Source: Verrucomicrobiia bacterium (GTDB taxonomy: Bacteria > Verrucomicrobiota > Verrucomicrobiia > Palsa-1439). From it: DNA of 64,000 nt. Below, in pieces: positions 8,436 through 16,211 of this stretch. The stretch lies in contig JBEKBH010000001.1 of NCBI GenBank assembly GCA_050015495.1, forward strand, positions 171,717-235,716, in the 5' to 3' direction. The notes under the pieces are model-generated. The model worked only from the letters and a program-made list of their open reading frames with translations. It searched no databases and was not told the origin of the DNA. Made by a program: the position numbers and the translations under genes. The stretch's first letter is position 1, and each line of letters starts with the position of its first letter.

Positions 8436-9596
8436 ATGTGGCAATGGACTGAAAGCGTCGAGCAATACGTTCTCGATGTCATTTTTGAGCGCCGCCGGGA
8501 CCTGTCCGCGCGCATCACCAGCGCGATCTTGCTCGGCCTCTCCAAGATTTACCAGTTGTGCGTCCAAATCCGGCTGCGCCTCTGGCAGCATCGTATTTTT
8601 CGCGACCACACCCTCGGCTGCCAGGTCGTCAGCATCGGCAACCTCAGTGTGGGCGGAACCGGCAAGACGCCGGTGGTCGAAGTCTTCGCCCGCGCCCTCC
8701 AACAGCGCGGCCGTCGCGTGGCCATCCTCTCCAGGGGCTACAAGAGTGTCCCGCGACCGCTCTGGCAACGGTTGCTCTCCAAACTCACCTTCCGGGAAGA
8801 CAAGCTTCCGCCCAAGATCGTGTCCGACGGTCGCTCGTTGTTGCTCGATAGCGAACAAGCCGGCGACGAACCCTACATGCTCGCCTCCAATCTCCGCGAT
8901 GTCGTCGTCCTCGTCGACAAAGACCGCGTCAAGAGCGGCCGCTACGCCATTTCGAAATTCGGCTGCGATACGCTTCTCCTCGATGACGGGTTTCAGTACC
9001 TCGCCCTGAAGAGCCGCCTCGATATCTGCCTCATCGACCGCAACAACCCGTTTGGCAATCATTATCTCCTTCCCCGGGGCACGCTTCGCGAGCCGATACG
9101 CAACCTCAAGCGCGCCCATTACATTTTCATCACGAAATCAAGCGAACTCGGGGCCAAGAAACTCCGGAAGGCCATCCGCCAGTTCAACCAACGGGCCGAG
9201 ATTATCGAGTGCGCCCACCAACCGCTGTATTTGCAGGATGTATTCACCGGGGAACGCCATCCATTGGAAACACTGCGGGGCCTCCCCATCGCCGCCGTCT
9301 CCGGCATTGCGGTTCCCGAAAGTTTTGAGGAAGGCCTCCAGGGCCTCGGCGCCAACCTCGTTTATGTCAAGCGGTACGCCGACCATCATCGCTACAGCCA
9401 GCAGGAAATCATCAATATGATCAACCGCAGCCTCAAACGCGGGGCTGCGGCCATCCTCACCACGGAAAAGGACGCCGTGCGCTTTCCCAAGATTGACCGC
9501 CGCGATATTCCCGTCTACTACTTGCGGGTCGAAATTCGGATCATTTCCGGCGCCAAGGACTTTGATGACGCAGTTGCCAATATTTGCCACGGATAG
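8436..9596 (+). CDS. lpxK: Tetraacyldisaccharide 4'-kinase (lipid A biosynthesis)
   Basis: [41 protein letters not shown] is the LpxK P-loop signature ([12 protein letters not shown]....SRGY). Confidence 0.8.
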   Translation: MWQWTESVEQYVLDVIFERRRDLSARITSAILLGLSKIYQLCVQIRLRLWQHRIFRDHTLGCQVVSIGNLSVGGTGKTPVVEVFARALQQRGRRVAILSRGYKSVPRPLWQRLLSKLTFREDKLPPKIVSDGRSLLLDSEQAGDEPYMLASNLRDVVVLVDKDRVKSGRYAISKFGCDTLLLDDGFQYLALKSRLDICLIDRNNPFGNHYLLPRGTLREPIRNLKRAHYIFITKSSELGAKKLRKAIRQFNQRAEIIECAHQPLYLQDVFTGERHPLETLRGLPIAAVSGIAVPESFEEGLQGLGANLVYVKRYADHHRYSQQEIINMINRSLKRGAAAILTTEKDAVRFPKIDRRDIPVYYLRVEIRIISGAKDFDDAVANICHG

Positions 9597-10680
9597 CCAT
9601 ACCACGCGCATCCTTATCCGCGCGACCAACTGGATTGGCGATACGGTCATGACCATGCCGGCCGTTCAGCGCATTCGCGAACTCGCGCCGACCGCCCACA
9701 TCACCATGCTTTGCCCCGGCAAACTCACCGATCTCTGGCGTCACAATCCCTACCTCAACGACCTCATCCCGTTCGGCCGCAAGCTCGACCTCGATGAGCT
9801 GCGCCGACGCCAGTTTGACATTGCCATCATCTTCCCCAATTCGTTCCGCTCGGCCTGGGAATGCAAACGCGCCGGTATTCCCCGCCGGATCGGTTTCGGC
9901 GGCCACTGGCGCCGGTTCCTGCTCACGGATATCGTCCACGAACCCCGCACCGAGCGTGCCCGGTATGAGAACCGGACCGTGGACGGCAAAACCTTTCGGG
10001 TAAAGGCGTTTCGCTCGACGCGACATCAATCGGAGCGGTACCTCGACATCGTCGCCTATCTCGGCGGCAATCGTGACCCGGCCCCGCCCCGTGTCCGTCT
10101 CGCCATCGAAGAGATGCCCGCGCTCAACAAATTCCTGCGCGATGACGGCCGGCCCGTTGTCGCCATCAACGCGGGCGCCGAATACGGCCCCGCCAAGCGC
10201 TGGCCGGCGGAACACTTCGCCCAGACGGCCATCAAGGTCACTGAAATTGCCGACGTGCGCTGGCTGATTGTCGGCAGCCGTGATGATGTCGCAATCTCCG
10301 GTAAGATCGAAACCCGCCTGCGTGAGGCAAAACTGGCCGAGAGTTCCGTGGTCAATATCGCCGGCCAGACCACATTGCTCGACTTGTGCGCGCTCCTGCG
10401 GTACTGCAAGGTGCTCCTGACCAACGACACGGGTCCGATGCACCTGGCCGCCGCGTTGGGTACGCCCACCGTCAGTATTTGGGGTTCGACCTCGCCGGAA
10501 CTCACGGGGCCGTTGTCTCCGCGCAGCGTCATCGTCCGCGAGCCGGTGGAATGCAGCCCCTGTTTCCTGCGCAAGTGTCCGATTGATTTTCGCTGCATGG
10601 ACCGCATCCAGGTGGGCGTCGTCGTCAAGGCGGTCCTGAAACAGTTGGGCGTGGAGGACAAGACCGCCCCGAAATCATGA
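9565..10680 (+). CDS. ADP-heptose:LPS heptosyltransferase (glycosyltransferase family 9, WaaF/WaaC-like)
   Basis: RILIRATNWIGDTVMTMPAVQRIRELAP ... LLTNDTGPMHLAAALGTPTVSIWGSTSP is the typical GT9 pattern. Overlaps the lpxK 3' end by 32 bp. The track ORF 9493 begins at an in-frame TTG. The ATG at 9565 was chosen. Confidence 0.8.
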   Translation: MTQLPIFATDSHTTRILIRATNWIGDTVMTMPAVQRIRELAPTAHITMLCPGKLTDLWRHNPYLNDLIPFGRKLDLDELRRRQFDIAIIFPNSFRSAWECKRAGIPRRIGFGGHWRRFLLTDIVHEPRTERARYENRTVDGKTFRVKAFRSTRHQSERYLDIVAYLGGNRDPAPPRVRLAIEEMPALNKFLRDDGRPVVAINAGAEYGPAKRWPAEHFAQTAIKVTEIADVRWLIVGSRDDVAISGKIETRLREAKLAESSVVNIAGQTTLLDLCALLRYCKVLLTNDTGPMHLAAALGTPTVSIWGSTSPELTGPLSPRSVIVREPVECSPCFLRKCPIDFRCMDRIQVGVVVKAVLKQLGVEDKTAPKS

Positions 10681-12278
10681 GTGAGCGTTACAGCGTCACC
10701 CGCTCGGCGCGCACGGTCAGCCTCGCGGTGTTGGGAAGCCGTGTCCTCGGTCTCGTCCGCGAACAGATACTGGCCGCTCTGTTTGGAGCCCACCGCGAAT
10801 TCGACGCGTTTGTCACGGCGTTCCGCATCCCCAATTTGCTGCGCGATCTCTTCGCCGAGGGTGCGTTGTCGGCGGCGTTCGTCACCACACTGTCCCAGAA
10901 GCTTTCCAAGGAAGGTGATCAGGCCGCCTGGCGTCTGGCGAATCTCGTCCTCAACGCGTTGATCATCGTCCTCGGACTGATCACCATTGCCGGTGTCCTC
11001 CTCTCGCCGTGGCTGGTGAGAATCATCGCGCCCGGGTTCGCCCAGATCCCCGGCAAGACCGAACTCACCACCACGCTGACGCGGATCATGTTCCCGTTTC
11101 TGCCACTGGTCGCGCTGGCGGCGCTCGCGATGGGGATGTTGAACGCCAAACACCGGTTCGGCGTTCCGGCCAGCGCCTCGATGATGTTCAATGTCGGGTC
11201 GATCGTCGGCGGACTGGCCTTTGCGTTCCTGCTCGCGCCGGGGTTCCTTCACAATCCATCCCTCGCCGGGCGCGCCATGATCGGTATGAGCATCGGTACA
11301 CTCATCGGGGGCGCGATGCAATGGATGATCCAGATTCCCAGCCTCCGCAGGGTCGGCTATCACTATCAACCCATCCTCGACTGGCACGATCCGGGTTTTC
11401 GCCAGGTCTTGCGGTTACTCGGGCCATCCGTCATTGGCACCGCTGTGGTACCCATCAACATCTTTGTCGACCAGTGGTTCGCGTCGTTTTTCGGGAATGG
11501 CGCCGTCACCTGGCTCAATTGCGCGTTCCGGCTGATGCAGTTCCCTATCGGCTTGTTCGGCGTCGCCATTGGCGTGGCGACATTGCCCAGCGTCAGCGCC
11601 CATGCCGGACGCGGAGACATGGTCGAGTTCCGCAAGATCCTCGCCCGGTCGATTCGTCTCGCGTTCTTCCTGTGCGTGCCCGCCGCCTGCGGGCTGTCGG
11701 TCCTGGCGATGCCCATCATCTCAACGATTTACCAGCACGGGAAATTCGACGCGTTCGCCACGGAACAGACCGTCGCGTGCGTGCGCGCGTTCTCCGCCGG
11801 CCTGGTCGCCTACGCGGCGATCAAAATCATCGCGCCGACGTTTTACGCGTTGGGCGACTCGCGCACGCCGATGTACGTCGGGTTCGTGTCCGTTGCCGTC
11901 AACGCCAGCACGGACTACCTCTTTGCAATCGTCTGCCACATGAAAACGGCCGGACTGGCGCTCTCAACGTCGACAGTCGCGCTCTTCAACTTTTTCCTGT
12001 TACTCGCCCTGATGCGGCGCAAGATCGGGCGCGTCGAAGCGAGCACGCTGCTGCGGTCCTTCCTGAGAGTGGCCCTCGCATCGGGGGTCATGACCGCCGC
12101 CGCGTACGGCACCCATCGCTTCTGCGAGTTCAATCGCTACCTCGACATGGCCGCCTCCATGACCGTCGCGGTGATCATCTTTGGCGCCGCCTGTCATCTG
12201 CTCGGCGTGAACGAACTTGCCGAGTTGCTCGCCGTGTTGAAGTTTGGCTCGCGTACCGTCCCCGACAGTTCGCCGTAG
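10677..12278 (+). CDS. murJ: Lipid II flippase MurJ (MviN)
   Basis: 533-aa polytopic protein. The N-terminal RSARTVSLAVLGSRVLGLVREQILAALFGA..FDAFVTAFRIPNLLRDLFAEGALSAAFV matches the MurJ signature. ATGA overlap with the upstream heptosyltransferase. Confidence 0.85.
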   Translation: MSERYSVTRSARTVSLAVLGSRVLGLVREQILAALFGAHREFDAFVTAFRIPNLLRDLFAEGALSAAFVTTLSQKLSKEGDQAAWRLANLVLNALIIVLGLITIAGVLLSPWLVRIIAPGFAQIPGKTELTTTLTRIMFPFLPLVALAALAMGMLNAKHRFGVPASASMMFNVGSIVGGLAFAFLLAPGFLHNPSLAGRAMIGMSIGTLIGGAMQWMIQIPSLRRVGYHYQPILDWHDPGFRQVLRLLGPSVIGTAVVPINIFVDQWFASFFGNGAVTWLNCAFRLMQFPIGLFGVAIGVATLPSVSAHAGRGDMVEFRKILARSIRLAFFLCVPAACGLSVLAMPIISTIYQHGKFDAFATEQTVACVRAFSAGLVAYAAIKIIAPTFYALGDSRTPMYVGFVSVAVNASTDYLFAIVCHMKTAGLALSTSTVALFNFFLLLALMRRKIGRVEASTLLRSFLRVALASGVMTAAAYGTHRFCEFNRYLDMAASMTVAVIIFGAACHLLGVNELAELLAVLKFGSRTVPDSSP

Positions 12279-12301
12279 AGATCAACCGTCGCCCGCATGG
12301 G

Positions 12302-13750
12302 ATGAATACGAATCTCAAAGCCAAAGTCCGCGACCTGCCGAACAAGCCGGGCGTGTATTTGATGCGCGACCAGCTCGGGCGGGTGATCTACGTCGGCAAG
12401 GCCCGGTCGTTGCGCAAGCGCGTGGGCCAGTATTTTCATCCGTCGCGCGCGATGCGTTGGGACCCGAAGACCCGCGCGCTCATCGAGTCCATCGCCGATT
12501 TCGAGACGTTCGTCGTTAAGAGCGAACCCGAGGCGCTGCTGCTCGAAGGCAAGCTGATCAAGGAATACAAGCCGCGCTACAACGCGATGTTCAAGGACGA
12601 CAAGCGGTTCCTCATGGTGAAGATCAGCCTGAACGAGACCTATCCGCGTTTCAAATTCGCCCGCCTGAAGAAGGATGATGGCGCCCGCTACTTTGGCCCG
12701 TTCGCCCACGCCGGTGCCGTGCGTCAGGTCATGCAATGGATGCGCAAGAAATACGGCGTGCTCGTCCAGGGCACCGGCGCGCCGAAGGAGAAAGACCTCA
12801 AGTACTCGACCTATCTGGTGCCCGTCCCGCTCGCCGAGATGTCGCACGAAGAGTACCTGCGCCGGGTCGAGATGGCCTGCGAATTCCTCGAAGGCCGAAG
12901 CAAGGAGGCCATCGAACAACTCGAGGAGGCCATGCGCGACGCCGCGAAGGTGATGAAATTCGAGGCCGCCGCCGGGTTCCGCGATGTCATCAACAGCCTC
13001 CGCGAAATCGGCCGGGCCGCGCATGAGCGGAAGTTTGCCCGTGATTTCGCCCCCAACCTTGCGCCCCAACAGGAAATGGACGAACTCCAGCGCGTGCTTG
13101 GCCTGTCACGATTACCCCGGCACGTCGAGGGCTTCGACATCTCGAATATCAGTGGGACGCTGTCGGTCGCCTCCACAGTTTGCTTTCGAGACGGCAGGCC
13201 CCATAAAGAGCATTACCGTCACTATCGGATCAAGACCGTCGAGGGCAGCGACGACTTTGCGTCGATGGCCGAGGTGGTCGGTCGCCGCTACGCGCGGGTA
13301 CGTGCGGAGGGCGGCGCGCTGCCCGATTTGGTGATGGTGGACGGCGGCAAAGGCCAGCTCATGGCGGCGTTGCGGGCGTTGTGGAAGCTGGACATCCGCG
13401 ATCTGCCGGTGATCGGACTCGCCAAGCAGATGGAAGAAATTCATCTTCCCGACCAGACGCTACCCATCCGCCTGCCGCGGAATTCCCCCGCTCTCCATCT
13501 GATTCAACGGCTACGGGACGAAGCCCACCGTTTCGCCAACGCCTATCACCAAAAGCTCCGAAAGCGTCGCGTCCAGGAATCCGTCCTCGACGAATTCCCC
13601 GGCCTCGGCGAGAAACGCAAGCTGGCCCTGTTGCAGCATTTCGGTTCCATCCAGCGGCTTCGCGAAGCCGGTGCCGAGGCCATTGCGACCGTTCCCGGTA
13701 TCGGCCCGAAAATGGCCGCAGCGCTACAGGAATTCCTCGCCAACCGCTGA
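12302..13750 (+). CDS. uvrC: Excinuclease ABC subunit C (UvrC), compact form
   Basis: GIY-YIG domain (PGVYLMRDQLGRVIYVGKARSLRKRV...EALLLEGKLIKEYKPRYN), a UVR domain, an RNase H-like endonuclease region and a C-terminal (HhH)2 (GLGEKRKLALLQHFGSIQRLREAGAEAIATVPGIGPKMAAA). The track ORF 11009..13750 is a chimeric read-through of another frame. Confidence 0.85.
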   Translation: MNTNLKAKVRDLPNKPGVYLMRDQLGRVIYVGKARSLRKRVGQYFHPSRAMRWDPKTRALIESIADFETFVVKSEPEALLLEGKLIKEYKPRYNAMFKDDKRFLMVKISLNETYPRFKFARLKKDDGARYFGPFAHAGAVRQVMQWMRKKYGVLVQGTGAPKEKDLKYSTYLVPVPLAEMSHEEYLRRVEMACEFLEGRSKEAIEQLEEAMRDAAKVMKFEAAAGFRDVINSLREIGRAAHERKFARDFAPNLAPQQEMDELQRVLGLSRLPRHVEGFDISNISGTLSVASTVCFRDGRPHKEHYRHYRIKTVEGSDDFASMAEVVGRRYARVRAEGGALPDLVMVDGGKGQLMAALRALWKLDIRDLPVIGLAKQMEEIHLPDQTLPIRLPRNSPALHLIQRLRDEAHRFANAYHQKLRKRRVQESVLDEFPGLGEKRKLALLQHFGSIQRLREAGAEAIATVPGIGPKMAAALQEFLANR

Positions 13751-13819
13751 GAGACGCGATATGGGCTGCGCCACACACGCCCGACTTGCCGATATGTGTC
13801 CCCCGCCCCGGTCAGCGCA

Positions 13820-13848
13820 TTGACACGGGCCCCCGCGACAGGTATGAT
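13820..13848 (+). promoter_or_regulatory. Near-consensus sigma-70 promoter TTGACA-N17-TATGAT for rpsU
   Basis: TTGACA at 13820-13825, 17-nt spacer, TATGAT at 13843-13848. About 80 nt upstream of the rpsU start. Confidence 0.5.
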
Positions 13849-13936
13849 TCGCGGCTATTGCAGGGACGCTGAGAGTTTTCATTCCCCGTCTTCCGGGATC
13901 GGGGTGAGAAGCGTACGAGAGGGGTGTGAATCGAGA

Positions 13937-14113
13937 TTGTCGGAAGTCAGACTGAAAAAAGGTGAGCCCGTGGAAAAAGCACTGCGCCGGCTGAAGAAGA
14001 AGCTGGATCGCGAAGGCACGTTGCGCGAAGCGCGGGCGCATCGCCACTACGAAAAGCCAAGCGAAAAGCGACGGCGGAAGGCGCGAGGACCGCGTACCTT
14101 CATGGGTTTCTAA
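13937..14113 (+). CDS. rpsU: 30S ribosomal protein S21
   Basis: (TTG start) SEVRLKKGEPVEKALRRLKKKLDREGTLREARAHRHYEKPSEKRRRKAR matches the S21 family. A GAGGGG Shine-Dalgarno lies upstream. The track ORF 13796.. extends spuriously upstream. Confidence 0.75.
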   Translation: MSEVRLKKGEPVEKALRRLKKKLDREGTLREARAHRHYEKPSEKRRRKARGPRTFMGF

Positions 14114-14193
14114 ACAGGCACGAACCAATCCCGGGGCCAGCGGTCGCGTTGCGGCGCTGGCCCCGAACACATTCGGGGCTGACCCCCGTTTTC

Positions 14194-15117
14194 ATGTTTG
14201 CATTCTCGACCGGCTGGAATTCGGAACGCCACATCGACGGGCGCGCCATGGTCAACGAGGTGCGCGCGCTCGGCTTCGAGTACGTGGAGCTCGGGCACAG
14301 CACGCGATTGTCGCTCCTGACGGGAGTGCAGGAAGCCGTGGCCGCCGGCGAGATCAAGATCAGTTCGCTCCACAATTTCTGCCCGACCCCCATTGGGGTC
14401 ATGGGCCCGGCCCCCAACTACTACCTGCCCAGCTCGTGGGATGAAGAGGAGCGTAAGTATGCCGTGCGCCACACGTTGCGCACGATCGACTGCGCGGCGG
14501 CGCTCGGCGCGAAGGCCGTGGTGATGCATCTGGGGCGGGTGCCGATGCGCCACTATACAGCGCGCCTGTTGGACTTTCACTTCAAAGAGCGCGCGGACAG
14601 CGTCAAATACCACCGATTAGCCGAGAAAGCCATCACCGTCCGCGACAGGAAACGCCAGCGGCCTCTCGATCAGGTGTACCGCACGCTGGACGAGGTACTG
14701 CCCCGGGCGAAAGAAATGGGTGTGAAAATCGGGATGGAGACGCGCTTCGGCATCGAAGAGATCCCCAACGAGGAAGAGGCCGAGCGGATTCTCACGCGCT
14801 TCGGCACGGAAACGATCATGTATTGGCACGACGTCGGCCATGCCGCCGTGAAAGAAGTCCTCGGGTTGATGAGCGTCGACCGTATCCTGAGTCGATTTCG
14901 CGGCCGGACCGCCGGAATGCACTTGCAAGATTTTAACCCGCCCGCCGAGGATCACCTCCCGCCGGGTCTGGGGACATACGATTTTGGGCAGTTGGCACCG
15001 TTTGTCACGGACGGCATGGTGCTCGCCTGGGAAATTCATCCCCACTGGAAGGCCGAGGACATCATCGGCGGCGTAAAGCGGGTGCACGAGTTGCTACGGA
15101 AGACGGTCACCGTATGA
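14194..15117 (+). CDS. Sugar-phosphate isomerase/epimerase (xylose-isomerase-like TIM barrel) family protein
   Basis: MFAFSTGWNSERHIDGRAMVNEVRALGFEYVELGH... and later HLGR/ME..FGIE motifs typical of the AP-endonuclease-2/xylose-isomerase-like TIM fold. Confidence 0.7.
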   Translation: MFAFSTGWNSERHIDGRAMVNEVRALGFEYVELGHSTRLSLLTGVQEAVAAGEIKISSLHNFCPTPIGVMGPAPNYYLPSSWDEEERKYAVRHTLRTIDCAAALGAKAVVMHLGRVPMRHYTARLLDFHFKERADSVKYHRLAEKAITVRDRKRQRPLDQVYRTLDEVLPRAKEMGVKIGMETRFGIEEIPNEEEAERILTRFGTETIMYWHDVGHAAVKEVLGLMSVDRILSRFRGRTAGMHLQDFNPPAEDHLPPGLGTYDFGQLAPFVTDGMVLAWEIHPHWKAEDIIGGVKRVHELLRKTVTV

Positions 15118-16202
15118 AAAAACACCTCGGCGGGTTATTGCGTGTACTCGTCAGCGTAGGTCTCCTGGCCTACTTGTTCAACGGCATTTTTCACAAAGAA
15201 GCGTTGGAGTACTTTCAGGCGCACAACATCGACCCCGATGCGTTGGACTGGGCGGCGCGCGCCCGAATTGTGTGGAGCGTGGGTCCCCAGACGTTATGGC
15301 ACGAATTTCAGAGAATTGATCCGACTTGGCTCGCCGCCGCCATCCTTTCCGCCGGTATACCGGCCATTCTCGGAATCACCCGCTGGCGGTGGATTCTGCA
15401 TGTCCAGGGATTGGACGTGAGATATCCGCGCCTCTTTTCGATTTCCTTTATCGGCTTGTTCTTTAACGCGTTCATGCTCGGGTCAACCGGCGGAGATGTT
15501 ATGAAGGCGTTGTACGTGGCGCAGGAGACGCATCACAAAAAGGCCGAGGCCATCGCCACGGTTGTCGTGGATCGCTTGATCGGTCTGCTGGCGCTGTTCA
15601 TCATCGCCCTGGTGATGATGGCGATCTATCACACCCGTGTCTTGCGCGATCCCAAGCTGTTCTGGTTTTCGATGGCGACCCTCGCGGTGATCGTCTTCAC
15701 CATCGTGGGGACATTTGTTGGCTTGTGGCGGGGCTTCGTTGACAAATTTCCCGGGTTGCGCTCCTGGCTCCAACGGATGCCGAAGTACGACGCCTTGCGA
15801 CGGATGGTAGAAGCCTACCGGGTCTACGCCTCTCATCCCGTGATCCTCACCCAAACGATGTTGATTTCATTTGCCGTCCACTTCTTTGCGATGTTCAGTA
15901 TCTGGTGCGTCGGGATGGGATTGGCGGTTCGTTCCGCGCAGTTCGCGGATTACTTCCTGTACCTGCCGATCATCAACTCGGTGACATCCGTGCCCATCAC
16001 CATCTCCGGCTTTGGCGTCCGCGAAGCGATGTACGTCAAGATGTTCCATGAAGTCGGCGTGGCCGGGTCGGTCGCGCTGGTCATGTCACTGGTGGGCTAC
16101 CTCGCCGCGTTGGTCTGGAGCATCATCGGTGGCGGGTTTTTCCTCACCCATCGCAAGGAACTTCCACCGGCTGACCAAATGGCCTCGGGCGAAACCGAGT
16201 AA
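15114..16202 (+). CDS. UPF0104 / flippase-like (MprF-TM-like) integral membrane protein
   Basis: 362 aa, ~8 TM, with the conserved RWRWIL..G motif (ITRWRWILHVQG) and a C-terminal GFGVREAMYV segment characteristic of the lysylphosphatidylglycerol-synthase-TM/UPF0104 family. Confidence 0.65.
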   Translation: MKKHLGGLLRVLVSVGLLAYLFNGIFHKEALEYFQAHNIDPDALDWAARARIVWSVGPQTLWHEFQRIDPTWLAAAILSAGIPAILGITRWRWILHVQGLDVRYPRLFSISFIGLFFNAFMLGSTGGDVMKALYVAQETHHKKAEAIATVVVDRLIGLLALFIIALVMMAIYHTRVLRDPKLFWFSMATLAVIVFTIVGTFVGLWRGFVDKFPGLRSWLQRMPKYDALRRMVEAYRVYASHPVILTQTMLISFAVHFFAMFSIWCVGMGLAVRSAQFADYFLYLPIINSVTSVPITISGFGVREAMYVKMFHEVGVAGSVALVMSLVGYLAALVWSIIGGGFFLTHRKELPPADQMASGETE

Positions 16203-16211
16203 ACTGCGCCA

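Noticed and set aside
8331-9119. 262-aa minus-strand ORF
   Set aside because: Lies entirely antisense to lpxK, which has a clear P-loop signature. Low-complexity composition.
9541-10443. 300-aa minus-strand ORF
   Set aside because: Antisense to the heptosyltransferase gene.
10056-11387. 443-aa minus-strand ORF
   Set aside because: Antisense to the GT9 heptosyltransferase and murJ. Arg/Glu-rich junk.
11009-12301. 5' part of the 913-aa + ORF in the track
   Set aside because: Out-of-frame read-through over murJ (Arg/His-rich). The real uvrC starts at the ATG at 12302 with a GIY-YIG domain.
12194-13069. 291-aa minus-strand ORF
   Set aside because: Antisense to uvrC.
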